DNA of 64,000 bases from Octopus vulgaris (taxonomy: Eukaryota), in NCBI GenBank assembly GCA_951406725.2, contig OX597817.1, forward strand, positions 172,794,001-172,858,000, written 5' to 3'. The position numbers and the translations under genes are program-made. Below the pieces are notes generated by a model, which saw nothing but the letters and a program-made list of their open reading frames with translations, searched no databases and was not told the origin of the DNA. Positions 1-13,400 of this stretch are shown here, in pieces; within the stretch, counting starts at the first letter, position 1, and each line of letters starts with the position of its first letter.

Positions 1-1529
1 ACATGCACGTACATATATGTATATATGTATGTGAGGGTGTATAATGGCTTAAGACAACTGTAAGAGGCAGAAATTTGAATGAGGAAATAGAGAAAAAAAA
101 TGAAGAAATATATAAATTGGCAAATTAAGGGCCATTAATTGCATAGCAATGTAATAGAAGTTGAGTCCTGTTCAAGTGAAATGCTTCTGCATGCACTAAA
201 GAAGGCTCTCCACATCTATTTTATGTTTCAATATATTTATACACCAATGTCATTTCTTAAATGTCCAAACTATATTAGATGTTTATATTTTTATTTTATC
301 AGAATGTAAAGTTGTTTGTTTTCCCCCCTTGCTACTATTTGTTTTTACCTAATTTCCAATTATTTTTTTTATTAGTCAGGTAAATTCTTTCAGGTATTTC
401 AGAAAGTTTTAATATATCCTAAAATATATTAAGTTTCACAAGAATTGCCCATAGTTTTGATTTTGTCTCTTTTAAGAAATAGTTTCAGGTTAATGACTTT
501 TATGTACAGTGCATAATATTGGGTTTGTGAAGCAATCTGCAATTAATTCATTCATAGCTTTTGTTTTAAGGTAAACTTTCAGAAGAAGATTTGTTTGATG
601 TATATAATAAATAAGATGCATTCCATGAGAAATGGCCAAAGACGAATATAATAGACATATATAAAAAAAAAAACTGAAAAGATATCGACAAATTAAACAA
701 GAATATGCTGTCTTGTAGCTATTTATATTGGTATGTGAGAATGAGAAATGTAAGGAAGACATTCTAAGAAATAGTTTAAACAGAATTTTAACCTAGTTTC
801 TTAAAATATATGGGTTGAGCTTTTGATAGCTTATCTTAGTTTAAACTAAATGTTTTCAAAACTAGAAATAAATCATAATACTTACATTGAGGTTTTGAGT
901 TAATAAGAGAAATTGAGGGGAGGGGGGAAAAGGGCAACAGACAAGAATATAAATAAAATTCTGAGTACTAATGTGTTAAACAGAATAATTATTATTCTGG
1001 GAACTGTTTGAAAAGTTTCAAGCATGAAATCTTTATACTTAAATTGATGGGTTTGTCTTAAAAATTTTAAATAAAAAAAAATAAAAAAATTGTTTTTTTT
1101 TTCTAACTTTAACAAAAATATTTCACAGAATTAGCTTGGTAAAATTTATTGCTATAATAATGATATATAAATTGTAAGTATTTCCTTTGATAAATAGAAG
1201 AAATACAACGATGACGTGAAAGTTGAAAAAAAGAAAAATGAAAGATGCTTCTTTGTTTAACAACAACCATTTCACAAACACTATCAAAAAGATTAGGTCC
1301 CAAAAAGATGAAGCTTCTGAAAAAACATGTATTTTCAAAAAAAGTGATTCACTTGCTGATTGATTATCTGAGCTGCCGCAAAAAAAAAAAAAAAAAAGAA
1401 AAAATGGAAAAATAAAATAATCAGAACTTTATTCATTTGTTTCTTTTCCCTTATTCAAAATTAATAATAATTAAATAATTAAGAGGGGGAAGAGTTAAAC
1501 TTCGACTGTAAATTACCAAGAACAATGTG

Positions 1530-1583
<54 letters not shown>

Positions 1584-1614
1584 ATGTATGTATGTATGTA
1601 TGTATGTATGTATG

Positions 1615-1649
<35 letters not shown>

Positions 1650-1735
1650 ATGTATGTATGTATGTATGTATATATATATTTATATATAAATAAACACATA
1701 TACATACACACACACATACATACATGTATATATAG
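1530..1735. repeat. Compound (TA)n/(TG)n/(TATG)n microsatellite
   Basis: Directly visible. Confidence 0.95.
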
Positions 1736-2240
1736 GATTTGTTTGAATTAAAATATTTTAAATGAAATAAATAATAAATAAATATTTGAAACAGAATAAA
1801 CAATAAGAAACAAAACAAAACAAACAAACTTAAAATCAATTTCGAGACAATTAATTGAGAATAAAAAGTGAGGAACTGAATTGATAATTTTGTTTGCTTT
1901 TTTTTTTAGTTTTTCTTTTTTCCCTTGTAAATGATATAAAGTCTATTGCAAATGAATGGGGTGAGTTCAAAATGGCTTAAAATTGTAAAATCTGTGACGA
2001 CACAAATTATTTGATACCAAAAAAAAGAAAAAAAGAAGGAAAACATAACAAAAGAAAACAAAAATGGTAAAATCGCTTTTTAAAAACGTTCCAGGATGAA
2101 ACAAATGAATAGTTAGACCAAATATACTGTGTCCAATCAAATATGTTTGATTCCAGTGATTGAAAGAAATTATTGTCACATAAACTTTAGATGTTATTCC
2201 CAGTTTGTGTTTGTGTGCGCATGTGTGTGTTTGTATGATA

Positions 2241-2242
<2 letters not shown>

Positions 2243-2310
<68 letters not shown>

Positions 2311-2331
2311 AAGAAAGAGAGAAAGAAAGAA
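2243..2331. repeat. (GA)n/(GAAA)n microsatellite
   Basis: Directly visible. Confidence 0.95.
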
Positions 2332-2347
2332 GTAAAAAGAAATTTTA

Positions 2348-2416
2348 TCACAACGCTTTTTTCTTTGCTGTTACTGGATTTATAGTATTTTCTGGTCTGT
2401 ATTCTCGATTTTGAAG
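2348..2416 (-). CDS. MCTP1: MCTP last coding exon (69 nt): [22 protein letters not shown]
   Basis: Long pyrimidine tract ending ttttttag, phase 0, TGA at 2350-2348 followed by TAA. Basic tail resembles MCTP C-termini. Confidence 0.85.
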   Translation of the reverse strand, partial: LQNREYRPENTINPVTAKKKAL

Positions 2417-4360
2417 CTAAAAAAGAGAAGAGAAAGAAAGAGAGAGAGAATAAGAGAATATAAAAGAATAACAGCTAAGCCAACTCAGCTATAATACATC
2501 TGCATTCATTAACTTTTAATATTTTAATATATTATGCATAAGACAAGGAATTTGAAAGATGAAATATGAAACTTTTGTTAGCAAAATGAAAGAAAATAAA
2601 TGAAATAAAGCAAATGAAAATCAGAATGTGTTAGAAAAAAAAACAAAAAACAAAACCAGAAAGAAGGTTCCCTGCTCTGTTAGTTCAGTTATTCCTATAC
2701 GAAATATCTTTAAGATCTTGAAAGAATAACAAACAGGTATTCTTGATTGTTTTCTCCAGGCCCATAGAAGAACTTGAATTGAATCCTGAAAGAATGTTCT
2801 TATTGCTTACAGCAGTACACATGCAAATAAATTTTAAAATTCAGAACACCTTCATTAATTCTGACATTTATAAAACATTCTATATATTTAATGTGGAGGC
2901 GCGTGGCTTAATGGTTAGGGTGTCAGCATCATGATCATAAGATTGTGGTTTCGATTCCTTGACCGGCCGACGCATTGTGCTCTTGAGCAAAACACTTCAT
3001 TTCACATTGCTCCAGTCCACTCAGGTGGCAAAAATGAGTAACGCTGCAATGGACTGGTGTCCCGTCCAGCTGGGGAACACATACACCATAGAAACCGGGC
3101 CCATGAGCCTGGTTAGGCTTTAAAAGGGTGCATTTATTATTATTATTATTATATATTTAATAGCCAAAAACAAACAAAAAGACAAAAGCCTATACAACCT
3201 ATGCATCCAAAGATACATCTGGTTCAATTATAATAAGCTTAGTTTGTTTATTCATTATACCTGATGTCATCATCATCAACATTCAACAATTCTTCTTCAC
3301 GCTGGAGGACTGTGTTGAGATCCAATATCTGTTTTGCCAGGCAGAAACATTAGCATGCCGGGTGAAATGCTTAGCAGTATTTCATCTGTCTTTATGTTCT
3401 GAGTTCAACTTTGCCTTTCATCCTTTTGGGGTTGATAAATTAAGTACCAGTTGCATACTGGGATCTATCTAACTGACTGGTCCCCTCCCCTAAAATTTCG
3501 GGCCTTGTGCCTAGATTAGAAAAGAATATCTGCTTTGCCATAGCTGCTACAGCTGGATACCTTTCCAAATGCAAAATTTGGGGAAAAGGAAAAGCCCTCT
3601 TGGACTAAGTAGGGGGAATATTTGAGAGGCTGGAGAGGTAGCTTCATGCCAGGGACAAGCAAGTGTCTTGCTATAGAAAAGATACATGGCGACCCTGCAT
3701 CATATGAGGGCGGGAATATGCAGGGGAGAAAAGAAACATGGTAGTGATAGGGTGCCAGAGCAAAACCCTAAAGAGACAAGAGTTGATATGGGTAGTGGAT
3801 CAGGAAGCGAGTAGGGAGTGTGAAAAATAACAATCAAGAAAAGAAAGGATTTTGTTGTGCATTGCATGACTTACAAGCTCTCCCACCCCACAAAATGTTA
3901 CTGCCAGGCCTTCTGGTTCCTTACTGACAAGGTTTCTATCAACTTCACCTTCTGTTACTTGTCAATCAAGATAACTCTGTAAACAATTGTAAACAACACC
4001 CACTGATAAAGCCAACATGTTTGTTGTCTGTGTTGTAAACAACCCTCTACTATACATGCACAACAGGCTTCCCCCAAACTCATTTCCATTTGTGGATGAT
4101 CACAAGAAAGTCTGATGATAGGTCTACTCCATCATGTCTGACCCATGGCTAAATAACATTAAACACATGCACAATAAAACTTCCCCCAAACTCTTTTTTG
4201 TTTATGTAACATCAACAGTTGAAATGTCTATGATCACAGATCCACTCCATCAGGTCTGACCAGGGGCTAAATAACATTAAAACCACAGCAATTAGTTTGT
4301 TATATGGTAAGTATTAATAAAATGATATTTTAAATAATAATAATAATAATAATAATAATG

Positions 4361-4408
<48 letters not shown>

Positions 4409-7400
4409 TTAATAATAATTGTGTACAGTGCTCAGGTGCACTACAACTCATCTAAAGTGTATATATAATCAGGTGTAGTTTCGGCGGATTTCGGAAAGCA
4501 TGAGGGCCTTAAAGGATGCTTTGTCATGGCAGTCAACAACTGACGCAGGCAGTTTATTCCATGCTTCAGCAACTCTGAGCGTGAAAAAATGTTTCTGAAA
4601 GTCATGGGAACTGTGTTGTTTTCTGACTTTTCCCACAATATATGTTATTTTCAAATATACAATGTGCTTAAAGCAGTTAATTAGTCTAGGGGAGACAATC
4701 TCTTCCAGATTAAAACTGTTGAGTCAAAATGATTTAACATACCAGTTCTAGATCACATGGTACTCGTGAAAGGAAGTCCAGTATTTCATTATTTGGTATA
4801 GCATTCGGAGACCTAAGCTTTTTGGTAAATTTGTTAATGCCTGAAAATAAATAATTTCAACAATTACTAAAAAACAAAATGTGTTCATATTTATAGTATG
4901 TGTATTTTTGTGTGTGTGTGTACATACATACATGCATGGTGAGGTGAATAAACTGTCGTCTAAATTATGCAAAAATGAAAATAATACTGACATCTCATTT
5001 TAACAGATATATTTACTAAAATTACATGAAAATATCTTGGAATACTAAAGAGTAAATATATTCAATAAAATCGCCATCGGATTCAACCATGACCTCCAGA
5101 CGATTTTGGAATCTCCTGTAACTCTTCTGGATGGTCTCCTTGTTTAAATTGGTGAATGCTGCCATAATCCTTGCCTTCAGTTCATCTTTGGCATCACAAG
5201 GAATTTTGTTGGTCTCTTGCTCAACTGCACCCCACATATAATAATCAAGGGGATTGCAGTTTGGGTAGTTAGGTGGTCAGATGTTAGGGCTGATGTAGTC
5301 GCAGAAATTGTTTGACAGTCAAGATTGAGTTCTCCTGCTTGTGTGGCATGGTGCAGAGTCTTGTTGCCAGACATAGGGTCTTCCAGCAGCCACCATCTTG
5401 ATCCAGGGCAGTACTACCTCCACCAGGCATGTGGTGTAGGCCTCTGTGTTAAGTCTGAGGCCATGTGGGAAGAGATGAATGGAGGCATAAAATTGCCATC
5501 CCTAGTGGTCATTTCAAACAGCATGATGTTGATTGGATGTTTGATGTTTATCATTCTCAGTACATGTCCTCAGATTGCCCTGTCCTCTGACTCACACCCA
5601 GACACTCTGAAATGTTCATATTGGAGCTTCTGGTGCAAATGTCAAGCAGTACAGCATGTTGTTTCTAAATTTCTAGCTGAGTAAATTGCTTCATGGTACT
5701 GTTTTTCTCACAGACAGTGCCCAACTGACCCTACTAAACTGTGTAGTTGACAAAATCAAAAACAAACAATGTGCATGCACAAAATTGAAAATATAAAATG
5801 GTGACACTTTACCCAACACACCCTGTATATATGCACTCACACAGTAGAGTCCATGATTGTTAGTTTTTACCAGAAATATTTTAGTAATACTTACCCCACA
5901 ACAATAGTAACATTCGCAGTGGGATTAAGTAGCAGATTATGGCACCTAACAGCAGAAATATCACAGCAAGAGTAGAGAGCCACGGAATGCTCCAGTTAAA
6001 TGTACTGTAACAAAGAAAAGAGGATCATCAGATGCATTATTATTGTCATCATCAATTAACATCATAAAGCTAGCATGGAACAGCTTCAGAAGAGTAATGT
6101 AATTTCACTATGGCACAATGATCACAAGCTGATGCTTCCCTTATTGTTTCTTGGGAAATGGTATTTCAGAAACTTTTCTAGGTTATTTTTAATGCAATAA
6201 CACTCAACAGTTAATGTACTGTTTGACCATTTAAACAATTTGATACCAACACACCTGACACAGCCCTTGGTCCTATGATACAAACTGTCTGTTTCAAAAT
6301 GACTTAAATTAAAATTCTGTTGTGTCTGGGGAGAGTCATTTTCTTTTTGTGCCTTATTATGTAACACACTCACCGGTAAAATTTCCACTTATTTCTTATT
6401 TTTATTTTCTAAAATTTTTGTTGCGTCTTGCAACCTTTTCAATAGTTTTGACTACCGGTGAGTGTGTTACATTATAAGGCACAAAAAGAAAATGACTCTC
6501 CCCAGACACAACAGAATATGCTTCAACACACGAACTCATATAAAGAATCGTGCAAACCAAATCCAAAAACGAAATATCAAATTAAAATCTTTCCTCAAAG
6601 CTTCATGTTAATCTATGTTCCAAACACCAGCTTTATAATGACAAAGTTCTTTTACCTAATTCTTCATTATTTTCAAAATTAACTGAAAAAAAAGGCAATG
6701 TATTTCAGTAGGAATTTGGTAATAAAATGGTTAAACATCATACATTTAAAAGATGTGGGTATAGTATCAGTGAAAATACTATTTCTCACTAAGAAGTGGA
6801 ATGAATGAGTGAATGTGGTACTGTAGTCTTTGTATAATTTCATAGGAATTGATTAGCATTTTAATTCACCAACCCTAGAAAGATGAATGGTAAAATGGCC
6901 TTGGCAAGATTTAAGCTCAAAATGTAAAAGGCTGTAATTAAATACTAGCGGCATTTTGTCCAATACTCTAAAAAATCCATTAATCTATTGCTCAATGGCT
7001 TAGGGATGAAAATCTGCAGAATGATAATAATAATAATAATCCTTTCTACTATAGGCACAAGGTCTGAAGTTGTAGCAGAGGGGGCAAGTTGATTACTTTG
7101 ACCCGAGTGTGTAACTGGTACTTATTTCATTGATTCCAAAAGGATGAAAGGCAAAGTTGACCTCAGCAGAATTTGAATTCAGAACATAAAAATGGACAAA
7201 ATGCCGCTAAGTATTTCACCTGGCATTCTGACGATTCTGCCAGCTCACCACCTTATTAATAATAATAATAATCCTTTCTACTACAGGCACAAGGGCTGAG
7301 ATTTTTTTAGGTGTGGGGGCTAGCCAATTACACGAACTGCTATTTGCAACTGGTACTTATTTTATCAATTCTGGAAGGACGAAAGACAAAATCAACTTGG

Positions 7401-10400
7401 CAGAATTTGAACCCAGAATGTAAAGACGGATGGAATACTGATAATAATAATTTAGTTTCCATATATCATATTTAAAGATCATTAGTCTAATTTTACAATC
7501 ACCTCTTCCCCTAAACCAAGTAAAAAGAGATAATATTATCAGTAATACAAAAAACTAAATTAGCTCTACCTTTGGGAAAAATACCAATTAGTTTTAAGTT
7601 CATACCTAATAAAGAAAATTGCCGCTTCACACAGTTTGACATTTGCAGTTATTATTCCATGATTACTGTAATGCTATCATTTTTACTAAGAATTTTTGCA
7701 ATTTACTACATCATAATTATCAATTAATGCCTGTTTTCCACCTTCGTATGGGTTGGATGGTTTGATAGGATCCAGCAAGTGGCAAGGCTATGTCAGTCTC
7801 CAATATCAGCTTAGGCATGGTTTCTTTGGTTAGATGCCCTTCCTAATGCCAACCACAGTGAAGAGTGTACCATTTTGTGCCACTGACACTAGTGAGGTTT
7901 CTAAGTAAGTTGCACTACCAGAAAGAACAAGAAACGGAAAAAGAAAAAAAGGAAAAAAATCCCCCTCGGCTAAGTGGGAGAGAGGTAGTTGGGGGTTAAA
8001 AAATGATAGGACAAGCACAGGAGTCTTGCTATAGTGAATATACTTGGCTATCCCACATTACATAAGAGTGGAATAAGCTAGGAAGAAGATACAATGGAAG
8101 TGAAGGGGTGCCAGAGAAGAGAAGATGGTAGTAATGGGGAAATTAGTTCAAGAAAATCAATTCTTTATTATGATAACAGCATCAAAATACCCAGAAAAAA
8201 AATCAAAACAAAAAATTCCTAATGTGCCTTTTGATGTTAGTAATAAAGTAAAGGATTTGTTTGAAGATTAGTGATATAATAGGATTATATATACACCGAG
8301 TTAACCTATATTTTTCAAGGTCTCTAAGGGATGATGACCTTTTAATTCTCAGGAATTTTAACAATAAAAATACTAAGAAAACACTGAAACACTCCAAAAA
8401 GAGCTCTATAACTTTTTCAAGAAATTTAACTTGAAAATAACAGTTGAACCTAACTTTAAAGTAAATAACTAACTTGACGTGACACTCAACTTAAACAATG
8501 TACTATTTTCACCAAATTAGAAAATTAGTGATTCAAAACATTTCATTAATAGATTTTGCACCAATTCCAAAATATTTTTGATAATCATTATGCATTTCCC
8601 ACCTCTCTTTAAATGAGTCTTTTTTCAATGGCACCTCCTCGGTATTATAAAGATGTTCTGAAATGTTATGGTTTCATTGGTAAAATTAGGTATATTAGAA
8701 GAGAGCACAGAATTTTGTCAGTGAACAGGTCGCGGACTCAAAGCGCCGAAAATATTTTGACAAATTAAATTTAAATGTTGAAGTGAATCTAACGGTTTTT
8801 GTGTGTTTCTTAAATGGCTTATAAACACCTTTCACGCTGCAATTGTTTTTGTTTCTGTACACGATCTCAGATCACGTCACTTGCTATGCAAGTACATCTC
8901 CGTAATCCAATATCTATCACCAACAAAAAATAGATAAATAAAAATAAAAATAGGAGCAAGAATATAATTCCTGACCCCAGAAGGAAAAATTTTCATCAAG
9001 TTGTATAAAAAAATAATCCTCAGATATACATGTTAAAAATCTGTATAAACCTTTTTGTTAGCAAATTTCTATTGAAATACAGTGCCTTTGTAACAGTTAA
9101 TTTCTAGGTTTTCTAGTAACCTTTTGTTAGGTATTCACATACATTAAATATAACAAGAGTGACTTCCCCTTTTAATGGTTCTATGAGTTGCATTCATAGA
9201 CGTACAATACTTCAAATCTGACAAGGTTGTGTATCAAATACAGTTAGTTGTCGGAGTACTGCATCCTTCAAAACTTCTATGCTTCCTGAGATTCACCAAC
9301 ACTACACCTGATTTTCTCCCCTCCATACACACACAAGCATGTATCTGACTCACTTCCCAGACATTTGTACATTACTGCATATGCTTTATATGCACTTTTG
9401 ACAAGTTGTGGTGCACCTGAGCACTGTATAAAATAATTTCATTATTATAGAATTAGTTTCTCTACATATCTACCAGACACTTAGTTCATTGTTTACCACA
9501 TATAATTAACACTGCAGTCTGAACATTCATAATTATTTATGGAAAAAGAATTACAATTAAAATACCCCAAAAGACTTTTAGTTCAGTATTTCATTTCTTT
9601 CCCAAATATCATTATAAATTGTTTATATTCTAGTTATCGCCATACATAGAGAGACTTAGTTATTTTAATATTTCTATTATTGTTTATATTCTGATGGATG
9701 CTTATTCATAATATTCTACTCTAACATCTGAAGAGAAAATCAAGTAAACTTTAAGAAAGTGATTCTATTTCAAATGACAGTTAAATATTTTTTATCTTTT
9801 AAGAAACTTCATCTGCCATCACATCACACACACACACACATATCAAATACCTCTTTTATTTTACTCCCACTTTTCCTCATACTATCACCTAAACTCTTTA
9901 CTAGTTGATATATGCCCTACTGTAACAATTTTTATTTTTAATATCATTTTTGAATAAATCAAAGATGAAACTATGATAAAACAGTATTTCTGAATTTGTT
10001 TGGCTTTACTATTTACTTGACACACATATGTAGGTGTGTTTATATGTTTGTGTGTCTGTGTTTGTCCCCACCAACATCACTTGACAACTGATGCTGGTGT
10101 GTTTACGTCCCCATAACTTAGCGGTTCGGCAAAAGAGACTGATAGAATAAGTACTAGGCTTGCAAAGAGTAAGTCCTGGGGTCTATATGCTCGACTAAAA
10201 GTGGTGCTCCAGCATGGCCACAATCAAATGACTGAAACAAGTTAAAGAGTAAAAGAGTATATATTTGGTTTTAAAAGTGTGCTTGTGTGTATGATTATAT
10301 ATACACACACCTAATATAGATGTATGTATATTATTTGGCTTTTAAGGTACATGAGTGACTCAAGGGTTGAGAATTTCACTTACCAAATGTGACATCTCAA

Positions 10401-13400
10401 CTGAACAAATACATATAAATTATTTTTTCCTAATTCATGGACCCCTGTCATTGATTGTCTTTGAACTAAAATTTAACATTCAATGAAAATGTAAAGAAGA
10501 AAATATACCACCTACTTTTTTACCCTTTCTCCAAGGCAAGCAATCATGTCCATTGTTTGCTGTACCTGAAGGCAAACCTCCTGTATAGCTTGTAGTTTTT
10601 CCTTTAAGGACTTTTTCTCTTCCTGTATAAAAGATACAAACTAATAATTTTTATTACAGTTCTATATTTAAGAGATGAGGAATTATTTACATTATTTACA
10701 TTTGATGGATATTTGTCCTCATCTTGTTTGTTGTTAACACAATGTTTTGGCTGATATCTCCTCTAGCCTTCATCAGGTGTCTTGGGGAAAATTTCGAACC
10801 TGGGTTCTCATTCTTAAGGTATTTTTCAATGTTGTTGTTATTATTATCATCATTATTATTATTATTGTTATTCTTCAGGTCACTGCTTGGTTTGAACTCA
10901 GAATCTTGAGGTTAGTAGCCCACGCTCTTAACCACTATGCCATATGCCCATGGGCGTATGGCATAGTGGTTCTGTCAAATGTAAATAATGTAATAATTTT
11001 ATGATTCAAACAGAAAAAAGTGCCATTTGATGGTCATTCACTCAGTTACTTAATAATTTGCTTTAAAGTACATTTGACAAATCGTCTGATGGATAATTAT
11101 TATCAAGGCTTGACTCTTTGGTTGCCTTATTTCGGTTAAAATACACTGCCTTTCTCTACGCAAAGTAAATCTGGTGATTTGCTATGCTCGAGAAGACATG
11201 CTAAGCTAAGTAAAATCATGGTCTCCTTCTCTCAGCTGTGTGTGTGTGTCTTTATCTTACAAGCTATTTGGTAGCCCTACTGGTACCACATAAAAAGCAC
11301 CTTCGCTGGTGCCTTGTTAAAAGCACCTTCGCTGGTGCCACATGAAAAGCAGCATGTGGTTGGTAAGCAAGCTACTTACCACACAGCCACTACTACCTCT
11401 CTCTATATATACATTAATGAAATTTTGCTGAAAAGCTTTAATTAATTTTAAGACTGAGTTTGCATCCTACAACCAATGGCAGTTTCAGGTGGTTTGGTAT
11501 CAAAATATTTAACTATCAGAGATCAGGACAGAATTTATAATATCATCATTATTTAACACTAGCAGTATCACCCGGCGTTGCTCGGGTTTGTAAGGGAAAT
11601 AACTATAAAGCATTTTTAGAGAGTTATAGCCAAAAAATAGCAAAAAAATGGAAAAAAAATTATGGTAAATTTTTTTGAGAGTTAAAAAGGTCGAGTTGCG
11701 TCCCCTAGACAGTCTGTGGTTTGTGTTTCTGATTCTCGACCCCATGTCGAATTTATCGATTTTTTTCAGAACTGGGGGAACTTTTCAAAATTTTCGCTGC
11801 GTTAGTTTTGAATTATGACATTGGGCTATGTGTGTGTCAAGTTTCATCAGAATCGGTTGAAAGCCGTGGTCAGGGTGAGGGTACAAGCAAACAGACACAC
11901 AGACACGCAGACAGACAAACTGCCGTTTATATAGAGAGAGATACGTTTTCCATGCTGCCATAGTTTGGACGGTTTGACAGGAGCTGGAGAGCAATTATCT
12001 GTTTTGGCATGGTTCCTAGGGCTGGATGCCCTTCCTAATACCAACCACTTTACAGTGTGTACTGGGAGCTTTTTATGTGGCACCAGCATGGTTGCTTTCC
12101 ACAAGGCACTGACATGGATTCCTTTTCACATGGCACCAGCATGAGTGAGATTTACATGACACCGACATGGTTGCTTTTTACATGATGCAGGCATGGGTGC
12201 TTTTTACGTGGCATTGACACTAAAAGGCAGGGTTGCCAAGTGACTTGCAAGACTAAGGCCTCTTAGTTGAGAGAAAGAGTGAAACCGAGAGAAGTGGCTG
12301 CATACCAAGCGAGAGATTACAGTATGACAGAGGGGCAGAAATAGTTGTCTTACTACAGAGGAGATACTCCAGTACAACAAGGAAGGAGAAGGAAGTTAGT
12401 GAGAAAGATAGGAACACTGTCACATGTCACATGTTGTCAAATACTTTGCAAGTAGAATTTGGTGGTAAACAGAAACTGCACGAAAGCTTGTCATGTGTGT
12501 GTGTGTGTGTGTGTGTGTATAAATATATGTGTGTGTGTGTATATATATATATAGATACATGGAGGTGCAATGGCTCAGTGGTTAGGGCAGCAGACTTGTG
12601 ATCGTAGGATCACGGTTTCAATTCCCAGACCGGGCGTTGTGAGTGCTTATTGGGCAAAGACATCTAAAGCTCCACGAGGCTCCAGCAGGGGGTGGTGGCG
12701 ATCCCTGCTGTATTCTTTCACCACAACTTTCTCGCACTCTATCTTCTGTTGGCCTGCTCACTTAGCCAGTGGGGTGGCGTCATTTGAAGGCTAAAACAAT
12801 GCGAAGCGCATTGTAACCAGCGATGTGTAGCAACATCTGATAGCCTGGTCGGTCACGGTGATATATATATATATATACACACACACATACACACATACAT
12901 GTATGTATGTGCATGCATATATGTGCACACGTGTGTGTGTGTGTGTGTGTGCGCACATGTGTGAATTTGTGTCTCCTTCTTGACCTCATACAACAGTTGT
13001 AAATGAGTCCCACCATCATACAAGCAGTGTCATTCATTTCCAGTCTTCTGAGAAAATATGTATGGCTTTAGGGAAATATTACATTGCTTGCTAATAGAAT
13101 TGGCAACAGGACAGGCATCTGGCCATAGGAAATCTGCTCCAAAGAATTCCTCTTGACTTATGGAAACATGGATACTAAAATGATGATGATGATGATGATG
13201 ATGATAGGTATGTATGTATATAACACATCAACCAACTTACAGAATGCTCTTTTTCATCCTTATGATATTCATTCTTTCTGATTAAGATTCAATGCAATTC
13301 AACCCATGCTAGCATGGAAAACGGACATTAAACGACGATGATGATGATGATGTTCATTTGGATATATATGCAACAATTATTTCTCCTATGTAGAATTATT

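Larger units (their letters stand above)
1..2347 (-). other. Probable MCTP 3' UTR or downstream region (end not defined)
   Basis: Follows the stop codon, U-rich on the minus strand, several minus-strand AATAAA hexamers (plus-strand tttatt at about 289, 368, 1428). Confidence 0.5.

Noticed and set aside
2895-2970. tRNA genes at SINE heads (also 12561, 21595, 57503)
   Set aside because: A and B boxes are present, but I see no complete cloverleaf and each continues into a repeated SINE body.
4050-4283. CTGATGA within a degenerate tandem duplication
   Set aside because: No GAAA partner or stems; just two diverged adjacent repeat copies.
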